64,000 nucleotides of DNA from Rhodospirillales bacterium (GCA_028825025.1 JAPKAX010000001.1:2426-66425); one strand, 5' to 3'; shown: positions 38,139 to 50,017, numbered from the stretch's first letter. Notes: a model not told the origin generated them from the letters alone. Made by a program: numbers and translations.

Positions 38139-39089
38139 TTGAACCCAGACGGTGTGTTAGGAATTTGCATTGGTATCGTCCATAAAAACCCTGCACATCA
38201 ACGCAACTTGTTAAGCAATCCAGAGAAACTTCTGCATAGCGCTATGATTAAGTTAGGTAGTGAAGTATTATCGTTACGTGTGTCTGCTGTTATCAATAAC
38301 GAAGGCACTTTTATTGGTGCAATGACTTCATGGGATGTCATAACCGAACTCGTCACGATAGCAGATGATTTTAAAGAGACTGTATTGGGTATTTCCAAAC
38401 TGGTATCTTCATCAGGAACAGAATTACAAGCATCATCCCAATCCCTAGCAACATTGTCCGAGCAAACAAATCATCAATCAGCAACAGAAGAACTATCAGC
38501 ATCCATATCTGAAATTAGCAATCAATTATCACAAGACGCATCGTCCTTATCACAAGCTTATACCACAATAAGCGATGCAGGGAAATCTGTTCGGAAGCTC
38601 GAAAGTATGGCTTCTAAAATTGGTGAAATTGTTCGTTTGATTAGTGACATTGCAAAACAAACCAATCTGTTAGCGCTGAACGCGATGATCGTAGCCGCAT
38701 GCGCCGGTGAAGCGGGCACGGGCTTTGCTGTTGTTGCTTCGGAAGCTAAAAACTCAGCCAACCAAACGGCCCGTGCCACACAAGATATTACAGACCATGT
38801 GAGCGGCTTCCAAGATGCGGCGACAGGCGCGGTACAAAACATCGAAAAAGTTGCGGCACAAGTTTTAGAAACATCAAAGGTTACAACATTCATTTCTCGT
38901 GCCACAGAAGAACAATCGGCGGCAGCGCAAAAAGTCTCTCGGAATGTCGAGATGGCAAGAAAAGCAGCAACAAAACCTGGGGAAGTTGCATCTGAGGTAA
39001 AAAATTCCTGAGATCAATTAGCAGAGAATGCGGTCGCTATGAAAAAACAGCTTGGAGAGTTTTTGAATAAAATTAGGAACACTTTCTAG
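38139..39089 (+). pseudogene. Soluble methyl-accepting chemotaxis protein, degenerate
   Basis: The signalling hairpin reads QTNLLALNAMIVAACAGEAGTGFAVVASEAKNSANQTA. The near-invariant consensus is NLLALNA.IEAARAGE.G.GFAVVA.EV+.LA, so the E, R and V/L positions are altered. An in-frame TGA sits at 39009-39011, followed by the expected tail DQLAENAVAMKKQLGEFLNKIRNTF*. The gene has a TTG start and no HAMP domain. Confidence 0.55.
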
Positions 39090-39212
39090 AGCGTTCAATG
39101 GTATTCGCATGAATTAAAACCCTGCGCTTGCTTGATAAGCCAGGTTAGGTAAAATATTATTTAGTGAGTTCAAGCGGTGCGACTTTTTACATTCAGAAGG
39201 CGATTATCAACT

Positions 39213-40604
39213 ATGGAACTTAAAACACTTTTAGACGACGGTGTGTATTTAACTGAAGCCGCCGACATTGCCAAATACCGTGTTGATATTGTTGGTGACA
39301 TTGAAAGCACACCGCGCGGCGTCATGCGCCCACGAACAACGGAAGAAGTCTCTAAAATCATGGCTTGGTGCCATACAAATAATGTCCCCGTCATCCCCCA
39401 AGGCGGCAACACTGGGCTTTGCGGTGGCTGCATTCCTAAGGACTTAGACAGTGCCGTTATTCTGTCGACGGATCGGATGAACCAAGTGCGTGATCTGGAT
39501 GTTTTGGGCAACACAATCACGGTTGAAGCAGGTTGCGTGTTAGCCGATGTTCAAAAATTAGCGTTGGATGCCAACCGGTTTTTCCCAGTTACCCATGGCG
39601 GCCAAGGCTCAGCCCAAATTGGCGGCAACTTATCAACCAATTCAGGTGGAAATAATGTTCTTAAATATGGCACCACACGGGCGCAGGTTTTAGGGCTTGA
39701 AGTGGTATTGCCGGATGGACGTATTTGGAATGGTTTGCGCGCCTTGCATAAAGACACGGCCGGAAATGATTTAAAGCAAATTTTTATTGGTGCCGAAGGG
39801 ACGCTTGGGATCATTACCGCTGCAGTCTTGAAACTTCGCCCCCAAGCTGTCAGCCGCGAGACGGCTTTGGTTGCGATAAAAGAACCCGCCGATGCTTTAT
39901 GGTTGTTACGCAAACTTCAAGATTATGTTGGGGAAACAGTTTCTAGCTTTGAGCTCATGTCAAAAAATGCTGTTGACACTTATTTTTCATTTAAGCCAGA
40001 AGCTCGCAATCCGTTTAACGAAAGCCATCCGTATCTATGCATCATGGAAGCTGAAAGCCCGAGCAAATTTTTTGATCTACGTGGTGCTTTTGAAGCCGCT
40101 TTAGAAGAGGCGTTTAATGAAGGAAAAGCAATCAACGCCGTGATTGCTGAGGCCGACCAGCATCGAATGGATTTTTGGGCAATTCGGGAAGGTATGGCCG
40201 TTGCCATGGTAGAAGACGAAAGCTGCCTGAAAAGTGACACCTCTGTTCCCGTTGCCCAAATTGCCGAATTTGTTGCTAAAACCACAGCCGAGTTCGAACG
40301 CTTGGTACCAGGTATGCGCGCAACACCATTGGGCCATATTGGCGACGGCAACATTCACTTCAATGGTCAACGCCCGTTTGATATGGACAAACAAACGTTC
40401 ATCAGCCATTGGGATAAGTTAAAAAATGCCGTTGAGGACATATCAGTTGAACTTGGCGGCTCCGTTTGTGCTGAGCACGGCGTTGGCCGGATCAAAAAAA
40501 AAGCCGTAGCTCGGGTTAAATCTGACGTGGAAATGGATTTATTCTGGACCCTTAAAAAGGCTTTAGACCCAGATGGAATTTGCAATCCAGGTGCGGTTCT
40601 CTAA
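39213..40604 (+). CDS. FAD-binding oxidoreductase (GlcD / D-2-hydroxyacid dehydrogenase family)
   Basis: ATG at 39213 (MELKTLLDDG). Contains VIPQGGNTGLCGG, the FAD_binding_4 pattern, and C-terminal GSVCAEHGVGR..K. Confidence 0.85.
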   Translation: MELKTLLDDGVYLTEAADIAKYRVDIVGDIESTPRGVMRPRTTEEVSKIMAWCHTNNVPVIPQGGNTGLCGGCIPKDLDSAVILSTDRMNQVRDLDVLGNTITVEAGCVLADVQKLALDANRFFPVTHGGQGSAQIGGNLSTNSGGNNVLKYGTTRAQVLGLEVVLPDGRIWNGLRALHKDTAGNDLKQIFIGAEGTLGIITAAVLKLRPQAVSRETALVAIKEPADALWLLRKLQDYVGETVSSFELMSKNAVDTYFSFKPEARNPFNESHPYLCIMEAESPSKFFDLRGAFEAALEEAFNEGKAINAVIAEADQHRMDFWAIREGMAVAMVEDESCLKSDTSVPVAQIAEFVAKTTAEFERLVPGMRATPLGHIGDGNIHFNGQRPFDMDKQTFISHWDKLKNAVEDISVELGGSVCAEHGVGRIKKKAVARVKSDVEMDLFWTLKKALDPDGICNPGAVL

Positions 40605-41103
40605 TTTTTTTTAACATAAGGCTGAATTAACGAATCACTTTGTATGTTATAATTTGGCATAAGTTTCGATCGCCTGAATATAAAGGATTGTGTTCTTGAG
40701 TTAAGATTAAGCCGAAAGCACCCAGTTTTCATATGCAAGTTTAGCAAAAGCAGATACTCCATTAGTTGACGTGGTCCTTGAAAACTTTGCTAGAACATAT
40801 CCTAAGATCATCTAACTAATTAGCAAAAATTAAGATATTTTTGTTCAGGAGATAGCGCTTACATTGGACCGTATTGTTGGACGAACCCACACCTAAGATG
40901 CCATTGTTGACTATACTGCAGAACTTTGGGAACATTTATTCGATTTCGGGGGCAAAGACGAATATTACGAAGTTTTTAGCAACGCGCTTCGACATGGAAT
41001 TGAGCATATAATGGGAGCTGACGCTCCACCACGTGCCAAGGTTGCATGGCCAGATGGCTGGCAGATATTTTGAGGCATCATACGCGAGGCCGCATTTTCC
41101 CAA

Positions 41104-41612
41104 ATGAGCGACCTGGCACCAGAGTCAACCAGCAAAGAACCACCATCGGCTACTCCACTGCTAGAAGAAAAAAAGGGAGCATCGACGGAAGAGATTGAAC
41201 TTCAAGCTCAGAGCTTAAGTATTGAGGTCTGGAATATCAACAGCGCCGCAGCACAAATATCTGGTGTCGCTACTAAATAAATTTATGATGAAGTACGTAA
41301 GATTTCAACTCTGGTTCAAAATCTAATTGATAGTTTGCGCGAACCCTCAAATGAAAAGACAGAAACAAACACTCAGAACCATATTTCTTTTCATTGGTTC
41401 AGAGTATTGAAAAAGTAGGTCTAATTTCTAAACGCATTGAAGAAGTTGCAGCAGAGACAAACATGCTTGCATTAAACGCAAAAATTGAAGCCGATAAAGC
41501 GGGCGATCGAGGCAGAAGGTTTACGGTCGCTGCTGGCAAAGTCAAAGCCTAGGCATAGCAACCATCAAATGCCACCCAAGAGATTAATGACTTAATTGAG
41601 AAATTAAACTAA
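41104..41612 (+). pseudogene. Methyl-accepting chemotaxis protein remnant
   Basis: Pieces: [91 protein letters not shown]. More unidentifiable sensor debris lies upstream (about 40860-41100). Confidence 0.5.
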
Positions 41613-41658
41613 GGCGCATAATAATTAGCAGTAATGACCCTATAGATCAGTCATCCCA

Positions 41659-43334
41659 CTAACGATCTAAACTTGGCAAGATCAATCCGTTTTTGCGTGC
41701 GCATTCAATAGCAATGTTATATCCCGCATCCGCATAGCACATAACGCCGGTGGTGGGGTCATTCCACAAAACCCGTTTAATTCGCCGCGCCATATCTTCA
41801 GTACCATCACAACAAATAACCATGCCGCTGTGTTGACAAAACCCCATACCAACACCGCCGCCATGGTGAATACTGACCCAGGTAGCACCCGATGCGCAGT
41901 TTAAAAGCGCATTCAAACGTGGCCAATCAGATACCGCATCAGAACCATCTTTCATCGACTCCGTTTCCCGGTTGGGGCTAGCAACAGAGCCGCTGTCTAA
42001 ATGATCACGTCCAATAACTACAGGGGCGGAAAGTTCACCTGACGCGACCGTTTCATTGAAGGCGAGCCCCAACTTATCTCAAACCCCTAAACCAATCCAA
42101 CAAAATCCGTGCAGGCAAGCCTTGGAACGAAATCCGTTTGCGCGCCATATCTAACCAGTTGTGTAAATGTTCATCATCAGGAATGAGCTCTTTAACCTTT
42201 TGATCCGTTTTATAAATATCCTTCGGGTCTCCAGATAACGCCACCCAACGAAACGGACCAACGCCGCGGTAAAACAAGGGGCGAATATAGGCCGGAACAA
42301 AGCCTGGAAAATCGAAGGCATTTTTTTGCCCTTGATCAAACGCCACTTGGCGGATGTTGTTTCCGTAATCCAATGTGGGTACGCCCGCATTCCAAAAATA
42401 GAGCATCGCTTGAACATGTATTTTCATAGATGCACAAGCCCCCGCTTCAAACGCTTTTGGATCACTTTCACGTTTTTCGCGCCATTCTGCTAGGCTCCAC
42501 CCTTGGGGCAAATAGCCATTAACCGGATCATGCGCTGATGTTTGATCAGTCACCATATCGGGCGTAATACCACGCTTAAACATTTCAGGGAAAACGTCCG
42601 CCGCCTTGCCTAACAAACCAACCGATAGGGCGCGGCTTTCGGAGTGAGCTTTGTTTAAAATCGGCATGGCTTCATCAATAGATTTTGCACGCTCATCAAC
42701 ATATTTGGTGCGAATGCGGAAATCAATGCTATCAGGATTACACTCAACCGTGATACACGATGCCTCAGCCATAGTCGCGGACAAAGGCTATGCGCCACCC
42801 ATACCGCCCAAACCACCCGTTAAAATCCATTTACCAGATAAATCGCCACCATAATGTTGGCGCCCAGCTTCAATAAAAGTTTCATACGTGCCTTGCACAA
42901 TGCCCTGTGATCCAATACGAATCCACGATCCAGCGGTCATTTGGCCGTACATCATCAGGCCCCTTTTATCCAATTCATTGAAGTGATCCCAATTTGCCTA
43001 ATGGGGAACGATATTGGAATTGGCAATCAAAACCCGGGGCGCGTCGGTGTGGGCTTTAAACACCCCCGACTGGCTTACCTGATTGCACCAACATGGTGTC
43101 ATCTTCTTATAAAATCTTCAATCCAGCTGCGATTGCATCGAAATCTTTCCACGTTCTGGCCGCCCGGCCAATACCATCATAGACCAGCAATTCGTTGGGA
43201 TTTTCAGCCACCTCTGGGTCCAAATTATTCATCAACATACGAAGCGGGGCTTAGGTCACCCAATATTCTACGTTCAGTTTTGAGCCTCTTGGGGCGCGGA
43301 CTTCGCGGGTATTGTGGCGTAGATTTGAAGACAT
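41659..43334 (-). pseudogene. hutU: Urocanate hydratase, broken into at least four frames
   Basis: The ATG at 43334 (GGAGA upstream) gives MSSNLRHNTREVRAPRGSKLN... ORF pieces 42788-42973 (..[25 protein letters not shown]), 42074-42784 and 41659-42072 (..[31 protein letters not shown]) are collinear with HutU but sit in different frames. Confidence 0.85.
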
Positions 43335-43348
43335 AATTTTATTCTCCG

Positions 43349-44158
43349 TTACGGGTTCAAGCGACCATCAAAGGCCAATGTTTCTAAATTTAGCAATAAC
43401 GCTTTTAAATATGGGCGAATTTTTACAGCTAAATCCGGACGGTAGCTCCAAGGCGGAACCTCGTCCATATAAGCGCGTTGGCCCAGTTCCATTTGAATAA
43501 CGTGAACGCCGTTTGATGGGTCGCCATAATGGCGCGTCGTCCAGCCGCCTTTAAACCGTCCGTTCAGGGCATGAGGAAAGCCGGGCACATCTTTACACAC
43601 ATCAACCACCATCGCTTCTACCAGCGCATCACACGTCGCCCCTTCGTTGGTGCCAATGTTAAAGACGGGCAATTCGCCATCGAATAAATAAGGGATGTTA
43701 GAGCGGATGGAATGGCAATCGTACAAAATAGCAACGCCATGTTTAGCTTTTACACGCTCAATTTGTTTCGCCATGGCGGCATGATACGGGGTGTGGAAGT
43801 TGGTTAAGCGATCTGAAATCTCAGCTCCATCGGGCTCACACCCATCCAAATAAATCGGCTCGTTATCAAAGGTTGTGGGTGAGCAGACACCTGTTGTATT
43901 TTGACCGGGGTATAGGCTTTCACTGTTGGGATCTGGATCGCGGTTGGCATCAATGACGTACCGCGAGAAAGTAGCTTTGACCACGGTTGGGCTGGTCAGC
44001 AGCCCTTTATACAAATCATCAATCCACCAATCCGTATCGTCAACGCGTTGCCCCAACGGGTTCAAGCGCACTTTGATATCGTCTGGTAGGTGTTGGCCCA
44101 CATGGGGCATACCCAATATAACGGGGCTTGAGCCTTCTTCTACGATCACCGGCTTCAT
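43349..44158 (-). CDS. hutG: N-formylglutamate amidohydrolase
   Basis: 269 aa. Contains [12 protein letters not shown], and HS....PVFNIGT typical of the FGase family. 4-nt overlap with hutH. Confidence 0.8.
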   Translation of the reverse strand: MKPVIVEEGSSPVILGMPHVGQHLPDDIKVRLNPLGQRVDDTDWWIDDLYKGLLTSPTVVKATFSRYVIDANRDPDPNSESLYPGQNTTGVCSPTTFDNEPIYLDGCEPDGAEISDRLTNFHTPYHAAMAKQIERVKAKHGVAILYDCHSIRSNIPYLFDGELPVFNIGTNEGATCDALVEAMVVDVCKDVPGFPHALNGRFKGGWTTRHYGDPSNGVHVIQMELGQRAYMDEVPPWSYRPDLAVKIRPYLKALLLNLETLAFDGRLNP

Positions 44159-45705
44159 ATTTTAAACTCCATTGTTGGTAACACGCCATCACTGAGCAGA
44201 TCGATGAACGCATTGGAACGAACCAGATCATTGCTGCGTTCAATGTCGGGGGCTAGATAACGATCATCACCCAGCGTTGCGACATCTAGGCGCAAGCGAG
44301 CAATTACTTTCTGCAATAGCGCGCTGGTTTTTAAGGGGGCGCGAAATTCAATACCTTGCGATGCGGTCATCATTTCAATGGCAACAATGCGGCCCAAATT
44401 ATCGGTCATATCCAGCAATCTGCGTGCCGCATGACAGGCCATGGAAACGTGGTCTTCCTGATTGGCGCTGGTTGGCGTTGAATCAACTGAACAGGGAGCT
44501 GCCTTTTGTTTGTTCTCACTCATCAACGCTGCGGATGTTACCTCAGCAATCATTAAACCTGAATTTAAGCCGGGGTTGGGCGTCAAAAAAGCGGGAAGCC
44601 CAAAATTCATCGCAGGATCGACCATCAAAGCAATACGGCGCTGACTGATAGCGCCGATTTCAGCAATCGCTAAAGCAATTTGATCCGCCGCAAAAGCCAC
44701 TGGTTCCGCATGGAAATTGCCGCCCGATACGATTGACCCATCGCTTAAAAGGATCAGCGGGTTATCGGTTACGGCGTTAGCTTCAATTTGTAGCGTCCGC
44801 CCTGTTTGGCGCAATAGGTCTATACACGCGCCCATGACTTGCGGCTGACAACGGATGCAATAGGAGTCTTGAACGCGGTCATCATCAAGCCGGTGGGATT
44901 CCCGTATTTCTGATTTATCCATTAAAGCCCGCAACGCATAACCCGCGTCGATTTGACCGGCATGGCCCCGAAGTTGATGGATTTCATCTCTAAAGGGGGC
45001 TGATGATGCCATGATCGCATCGGTTGATAAGGCACCGGATACTAAAGCCGACATGGCACAGCGCCACGTTTCAAAAAACCCTGCCAATGCCAATGCAGTG
45101 GAAACTTGAGTACCATTAATCATGCCCAATCCTTCCTTAGGCCCTAGCACTATGGGTTCTAATCCTGCTTTTTTAAGCGCTTCAGCACTGGTCATTCGTG
45201 CGTCCTGATAGATAGCTTCTCCTTCGCCGATCATGGTCGCAGCAAAATGTGACAAGGGGGCCAAATCACCCGAAGCACCAACCGATCCCTGACCGGGAAT
45301 AACAGGGCTAACGCCTTTTTCTAACATGTTTTGGATATGCTCAATAATTTCCCAGCGCACCCCCGATGCGCCCCGACCCAATGACATTAATTTCAATACC
45401 ATGACCAAGCGAACGATGTTTTCAGATAACGGCTCACCAACGCCACAACAATGGGATAAAATTAAGTTACGCTGTAACTGAGTAGTATCTTCAGGCGGAA
45501 TACGAGTGCTGGCAAGCTTTCCAAAACCCGTATTTACGCCATAAACAGCGGCATCACCATTAGCAGCATCGCAAACAATTTTAGAAGCAGCTTCAATATT
45601 GGGTCGGAAATTTGGGGCCAATTTAACGGCAGGGCTTTGCCAATAAAGAATACCAAGATCGGCTAACGTCACATGGCCCGGTTTCAAAATCATTTCTGCG
45701 GTCAT
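44155..45705 (-). CDS. hutH: Histidine ammonia-lyase
   Basis: 516 aa. MIO-forming [14 protein letters not shown] motif, and YGVNTGFG. Intact frame. Confidence 0.95.
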   Translation of the reverse strand: MTAEMILKPGHVTLADLGILYWQSPAVKLAPNFRPNIEAASKIVCDAANGDAAVYGVNTGFGKLASTRIPPEDTTQLQRNLILSHCCGVGEPLSENIVRLVMVLKLMSLGRGASGVRWEIIEHIQNMLEKGVSPVIPGQGSVGASGDLAPLSHFAATMIGEGEAIYQDARMTSAEALKKAGLEPIVLGPKEGLGMINGTQVSTALALAGFFETWRCAMSALVSGALSTDAIMASSAPFRDEIHQLRGHAGQIDAGYALRALMDKSEIRESHRLDDDRVQDSYCIRCQPQVMGACIDLLRQTGRTLQIEANAVTDNPLILLSDGSIVSGGNFHAEPVAFAADQIALAIAEIGAISQRRIALMVDPAMNFGLPAFLTPNPGLNSGLMIAEVTSAALMSENKQKAAPCSVDSTPTSANQEDHVSMACHAARRLLDMTDNLGRIVAIEMMTASQGIEFRAPLKTSALLQKVIARLRLDVATLGDDRYLAPDIERSNDLVRSNAFIDLLSDGVLPTMEFKI

Positions 45706-46879
45706 TTCATCTCCCCTCCGGCAATCCGCTGATACAAAGGGTTGAACCCAATTGCGTAACTCAGTTCAACCCGGTTATCGGTATCCCATATGGCTAAATC
45801 ACAGACTATCCCATCGTCGATAGTACCGATAAACCCATCACGTCCCAGTGCTTTAGCCGCATTGCGCGCGATCCCAGCCAAGGCTTCAACCGGGGCCATT
45901 TGGAACAGCGTACAAGCCATATTCATGGCGAGCAGAATTGACGTCAATGGCGATGATCCGGGTTTACAATCATTAGTAATCGCCATGCTAACATCATGTT
46001 TTTGGAACAAATCAAACGGCGGCTGATTAATATCGCGCAAAGAATAATAAGCACCGGACAATAACACTGCCGCCGTCCCTGCTGCTTCCATGGGTTCTAT
46101 TCCAGCTTCGTCCACATGTTCTAAATGGTTCGCCAACAAACCACCGAACTCAGCGGTCAATGCCGCACCACCGAAATTGTTTATTTGTTCAGCATGAAGT
46201 TTTATTGGTAAGTCATGGACTTTCGCCGCTTTAAATACCCAGCGGACCTGATCTATTAAAAACCTAATTCCTTCACAAAACGCATCGACACAATCAGCCA
46301 ACCCCAATTTTGCGATAGCTTGTAATTGGGTATTACATACGTCATCAATATAAGTCTCTTCATCGCCATTCGCTTCTGGTGGTAAAGCATGCGAGTCCAA
46401 ATATATGGTAAGTACCCGAACATCGCGAATGTCAGCCAAATCGCGTGCAGCTTCTAGCATTTTAATTTCAGTTTCTGTATTCAAGCCATAACCCGATTTA
46501 ATCTCAACCGGGGCAAAGATTGATCGATCAACTGCTGTTTGCTTGCTTGGTGGGTTGCGGCTACGGTTGAGATAATTCCACCGTCTGCGTTGGGTATTTC
46601 TTCGTAAGACGCCCCGTTTAAGCGCTTTTCAAACTCTTGGGCGCGTTTTCCAGCATGAACCAAATGGGTGTGGCAATTGATCAAGCTAGGCGTAACCCAA
46701 CGGCCCTCAAAATGGATCTCTTCTTCAACCGGTATATTGGGTAATTTATCATCTGGGCCAACCCAAACAATATTGCCGTTTATACAAGCAATTGCACTGT
46801 TTTCAATAATTCCGTAGCCACTACGATCAATGGTGGCAAATCGAAAATTTTGCCATTCACGGTTGATTTTAATTGCCAT
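45702..46879 (-). pseudogene. hutI: Imidazolonepropionase, split in two frames with an internal loss
   Basis: The N-terminal ORF 46481-46879 (..[14 protein letters not shown]) ends ..[12 protein letters not shown]. The expected [21 protein letters not shown] continues in another frame into ORF 45702-46484 (..KLHAEQ.., DHLEH). The segment normally preceding EIKSGYGL appears shortened. Confidence 0.8.
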
Positions 46880-46895
46880 TTATATTTCTCCGTTC

Positions 46896-46911
46896 AATTG
46901 TATATACAATT
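46896..46911. promoter_or_regulatory. Candidate HutC operator: perfect 16-bp palindrome AATTGTATATACAATT
   Basis: Located in the 94-bp divergent hutI/hutF intergenic region. The core GTATATAC fits the GT-M-TA-K-AC consensus described for HutC-subfamily GntR regulators. A weaker related site, ATTGTATGTATAAT, lies at 46934-46947. Confidence 0.6.
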
Positions 46912-46973
46912 AACTTGGCGTGTCGACAAGCCTATTGTATGTATAATTAAACGGGATGGGAGTCTAAATCGCA

Positions 46974-48329
46974 GTGCGGTATTTTTTTGAGCATGCGTTG
47001 TTAGCAGAGAACTGGGCTAAGGACGTATCTGTTGTGTCGGATGCCAAAGGCGACATCACATCCGTAACCCCAAACACAAAAGATGTTCGCTCAGACCACC
47101 GTGCAAAAATTGCCTTGCCCGGTTTGCCCAATGTTCACAGCCACGCCTTTCAACGAGCGATGGCTGGTATGGCTGAAGTTAAGGGCGCAGGCGATGATAG
47201 CTTTTGGACATGGCGCAAAGTCATGTACCAATTTTTAGAACGCCTAACACCCGACGATCTATATGCGATTGCGTCTTTAGCCTATTGTGAGATGCTAGAA
47301 TCTGGCTTTACCGCTGTATCCGAATTTCATTATTTGCACCACGATGCCTCAGGGTCTGCGTATAATGACATAGGTGCCATGGCTTTTGCGATAGCGGAAG
47401 CGGCACAAACATCAGGTATCGGACCGACGTTTTTGCCGGTGTTTTATGCCAACAGCCAATTTGGCGGAGCCCCACCAACTGACGCCCAACGCAGGTTCGT
47501 TAATTCTCCTGATCAATTCGCAACTCTGCTCGACCGCATAGATCATATTGCCACCAGCTTGCCCGACGCCCAAGTGGGCATTGCGCCGCATTCTTTACGC
47601 GCCGTTACACCCGAAAGCTTGGCCGAGGTTTTGACCCTAAAACCAAACGGCCCCCTACACATCCACATTGCCGAGCAAACCAAAGAGGTTGATGATTGCA
47701 TTCAATGGTCGGGCCAGCGCCCGGTGGAATGGTTGCTCAATCATCAAAACATCGATCAGCGCTGGTGCTTGATCCACGCAACCCACATGACACAAACAGA
47801 ACGACAAACCATTGCCCAGTCAGGCGCGGTTGTGGGCCTGTGCCCAATTACCGAAGGCAACTTAGGCGACGGAATATTCCCGGGCGTTGACTATGTTCAG
47901 GACGGCGGGCGCTTTGCAATAGGGTCAGACAGCAATGTTTTAATTAATGCGGCGGAAGAATTACGCACCTTAGAATACACGCAACGCTTTCGAGACCGGG
48001 GCCGCAATCTATTGGGTACAGATAACACGTCAACCGGGCGGGCCTTATTCGATCATGCTTTGTCTGGTGGAACGCAAAGTTTGGGCCGGAAAATTGGAAA
48101 AATAGATGTTGGATTCCGAGCTGACATTATAACCTTAAACACAGACCACCCTGCCCTTGTCGCCTTAATCAACGACGGCTGGTTAGACGGTTGGATATTT
48201 GCCGCCAATAGCCCCGCCATTTCAGACGTATGGGTTGGCGGGAGGCATGTTGTCAGCGAAGGAAAACATCATAAACGCGATCAAATAAGAGCCCACTATT
48301 CACAGACAATGAAACGCCTAACAACATGA
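46974..48329 (+). CDS. hutF: Formimidoylglutamate deiminase
   Basis: 451 aa with a GTG start. Amidohydrolase fold: PGLPNVHSHAFQR, HIHIAEQ, CLIHATH, GSDSN. Confidence 0.85.
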   Translation: MRYFFEHALLAENWAKDVSVVSDAKGDITSVTPNTKDVRSDHRAKIALPGLPNVHSHAFQRAMAGMAEVKGAGDDSFWTWRKVMYQFLERLTPDDLYAIASLAYCEMLESGFTAVSEFHYLHHDASGSAYNDIGAMAFAIAEAAQTSGIGPTFLPVFYANSQFGGAPPTDAQRRFVNSPDQFATLLDRIDHIATSLPDAQVGIAPHSLRAVTPESLAEVLTLKPNGPLHIHIAEQTKEVDDCIQWSGQRPVEWLLNHQNIDQRWCLIHATHMTQTERQTIAQSGAVVGLCPITEGNLGDGIFPGVDYVQDGGRFAIGSDSNVLINAAEELRTLEYTQRFRDRGRNLLGTDNTSTGRALFDHALSGGTQSLGRKIGKIDVGFRADIITLNTDHPALVALINDGWLDGWIFAANSPAISDVWVGGRHVVSEGKHHKRDQIRAHYSQTMKRLTT

Positions 48330-49081
48330 ACAAGCACCCCCTCAATATATATGAATTGGACGGGAACGGTCCATTGTTTCGGCAAATTAACCGTGCCATT
48401 TCTCGGCCTATATTGTCGGGCAAAAATGCGCCGGGAACACGGCTTCCGTCCGAGCACGCGTTTATGGAAATGTTCAGCACATCGCGCATGACCGTTAACC
48501 GCGCCTTGCAATTATTAGCAGACGACGGCTTGGTTACCAGACATCGGCGCAGTGGTACTTTTGTAGCAAATCAAGTTGTTGAGCATTCGGTGATGGAGCT
48601 GAAAGATATTGTTGATGAAGTGGAAGCATCGGGCGCTGTATACGAGTATCAGCTTTTAGATTTGAAAACGATTACTGCAAATGCTGAGTTGTCCGAAAAA
48701 TTAGGGACAAAAAAAAGAGCCATGCTTTTGTATATTTTGTGCCGACATTACAGCGACAAAAAGCCGATCTTGATTGAACAACGCTATATCAATATTTCTG
48801 CTGCGCCTAAGTGTTTAGACGAAAGTTTTTCAGATACTTCCCCCGGCCATTGGTTGATTAAAAACGTGCCTTGGTCCATGGCTGAACATATAATTTCAGC
48901 CCTGAACGCAACCGATACCATAGCAGAATATTTAGAGATCATACCCGGCGACGCCTGCTTATCGGTAGACCGAACCACATGGCACGACGGGGGGCAAGAT
49001 GGTGAGAAGATTACATGTGTAACGCTGACATACCCTGGTGACAAACATCGACTGATCAGTAAGTTCACGCCAGGACAATAA
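48326..49081 (+). CDS. hutC: Histidine utilization repressor (GntR family, HutC subfamily)
   Basis: 251 aa. wHTH (LPSEHAFMEMFSTSRMTVNRALQLLADDGLV.R..G.GTFV) plus a UTRA effector domain. 4-nt overlap with hutF. Confidence 0.85.
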   Translation: MNKHPLNIYELDGNGPLFRQINRAISRPILSGKNAPGTRLPSEHAFMEMFSTSRMTVNRALQLLADDGLVTRHRRSGTFVANQVVEHSVMELKDIVDEVEASGAVYEYQLLDLKTITANAELSEKLGTKKRAMLLYILCRHYSDKKPILIEQRYINISAAPKCLDESFSDTSPGHWLIKNVPWSMAEHIISALNATDTIAEYLEIIPGDACLSVDRTTWHDGGQDGEKITCVTLTYPGDKHRLISKFTPGQ

Positions 49082-50017
49082 TCACTTTTCCGGCTGAGTT
49101 TTTGTGATAATCCGTTTGGCGAATGCTGTATCAACTTCTTCGGCGGCTTGGGTAATGATTTCAATTTTTAATAACAACGTACGCCAAGCCGATACTTTGG
49201 CGGGCATTTGAAAGTCGGCACGGGACAAGCCAAACTTCCTTTCAGCGATATTAAATGTTGTGGAGAATGTTAAATCCGCAACGCTTAATTAAGCCCCAGC
49301 TGAATAAGGACCCATAGGTATGATCTCTGTCATCCGCTCTAAGCGATCTATCATCAAGTTTGCCGCATCTTGGAAAGCTGTTTCTTCAACTTGATAATCA
49401 GTAACTAACTTAAACAGGGAACGTATCACCGCGGGTCGCTTGCTCGACTAAATAAGCCAATGTCGAATTACAAATTTTTGAGTTCTGGTTATTAAGCAAA
49501 CTAACAATCACATCTTCTTTACCTGTTTCAACCAAAGCATCAGAAACGCTTTCGCTGATTTCTTAACGCAAGGTTATTTCCAAATGATGTTCTTTTGTTC
49601 TCTGGTGGATGATCTTTATGAGATCAGTATCTTTCAGCACGCATGAGTGTGTTAAAATAGGGAAGGCAATCTGAATTGTATCACTGGCTAAATAAATAGC
49701 TAAGGATTAAGGAATATCATCGTAGTCGGCTATTTGATCACTAATCGATTGGCGGATAGAAACTTCAGCTTCTTGAAAAAGTGTCTCTATTACTTTGAGC
49801 ATCAAATCCTTTTCCAATCACTCAGAACAGTTTTCTAGTCTTGAAAAAGGTCTTTAATAACAGTAACCAGCTCATTTTGGCTATGAACCGAGCGATCACG
49901 AGCAAGCTCGATTAAGTATTCAATGTTATTTTTGTGCGCGTCCATTAACTCTATCTTCACCCAAAGCCCCCTGGCTCGGTCTACACGAGATATATATATG
50001 GCCGAAATGACAACCAT
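49082..50017 (-). pseudogene. Decayed DUF2336-family gene
   Basis: Stitched minus frames: ..YLIELARDRSVHSQNELVTVIKDLFQD*, then DLMLKVIETLFQEAEVSIRQSISDQIADYDDIP*SLAIYLASDTIQIAFPILTHSCVLKDTDLIKIIHQRTKEHHLEITLR*EISESVSDALVETGKEDVIVSLLNNQNSKI... This matches the repeated helical pattern of DUF2336 proteins, with many stops. Confidence 0.5.

Noticed and set aside
39009-39011. An in-frame TGA in the MCP, and TAA/TGA codons in other genes. I considered selenocysteine, stop-codon reassignment or programmed readthrough.
   Set aside because: Both TAA and TGA occur as internal stops, while intact genes terminate normally with TAA, TGA and TAG. No SECIS-like hairpin follows. The affected genes also carry frameshifts and mutated invariant residues. 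This is ordinary pseudogenisation.
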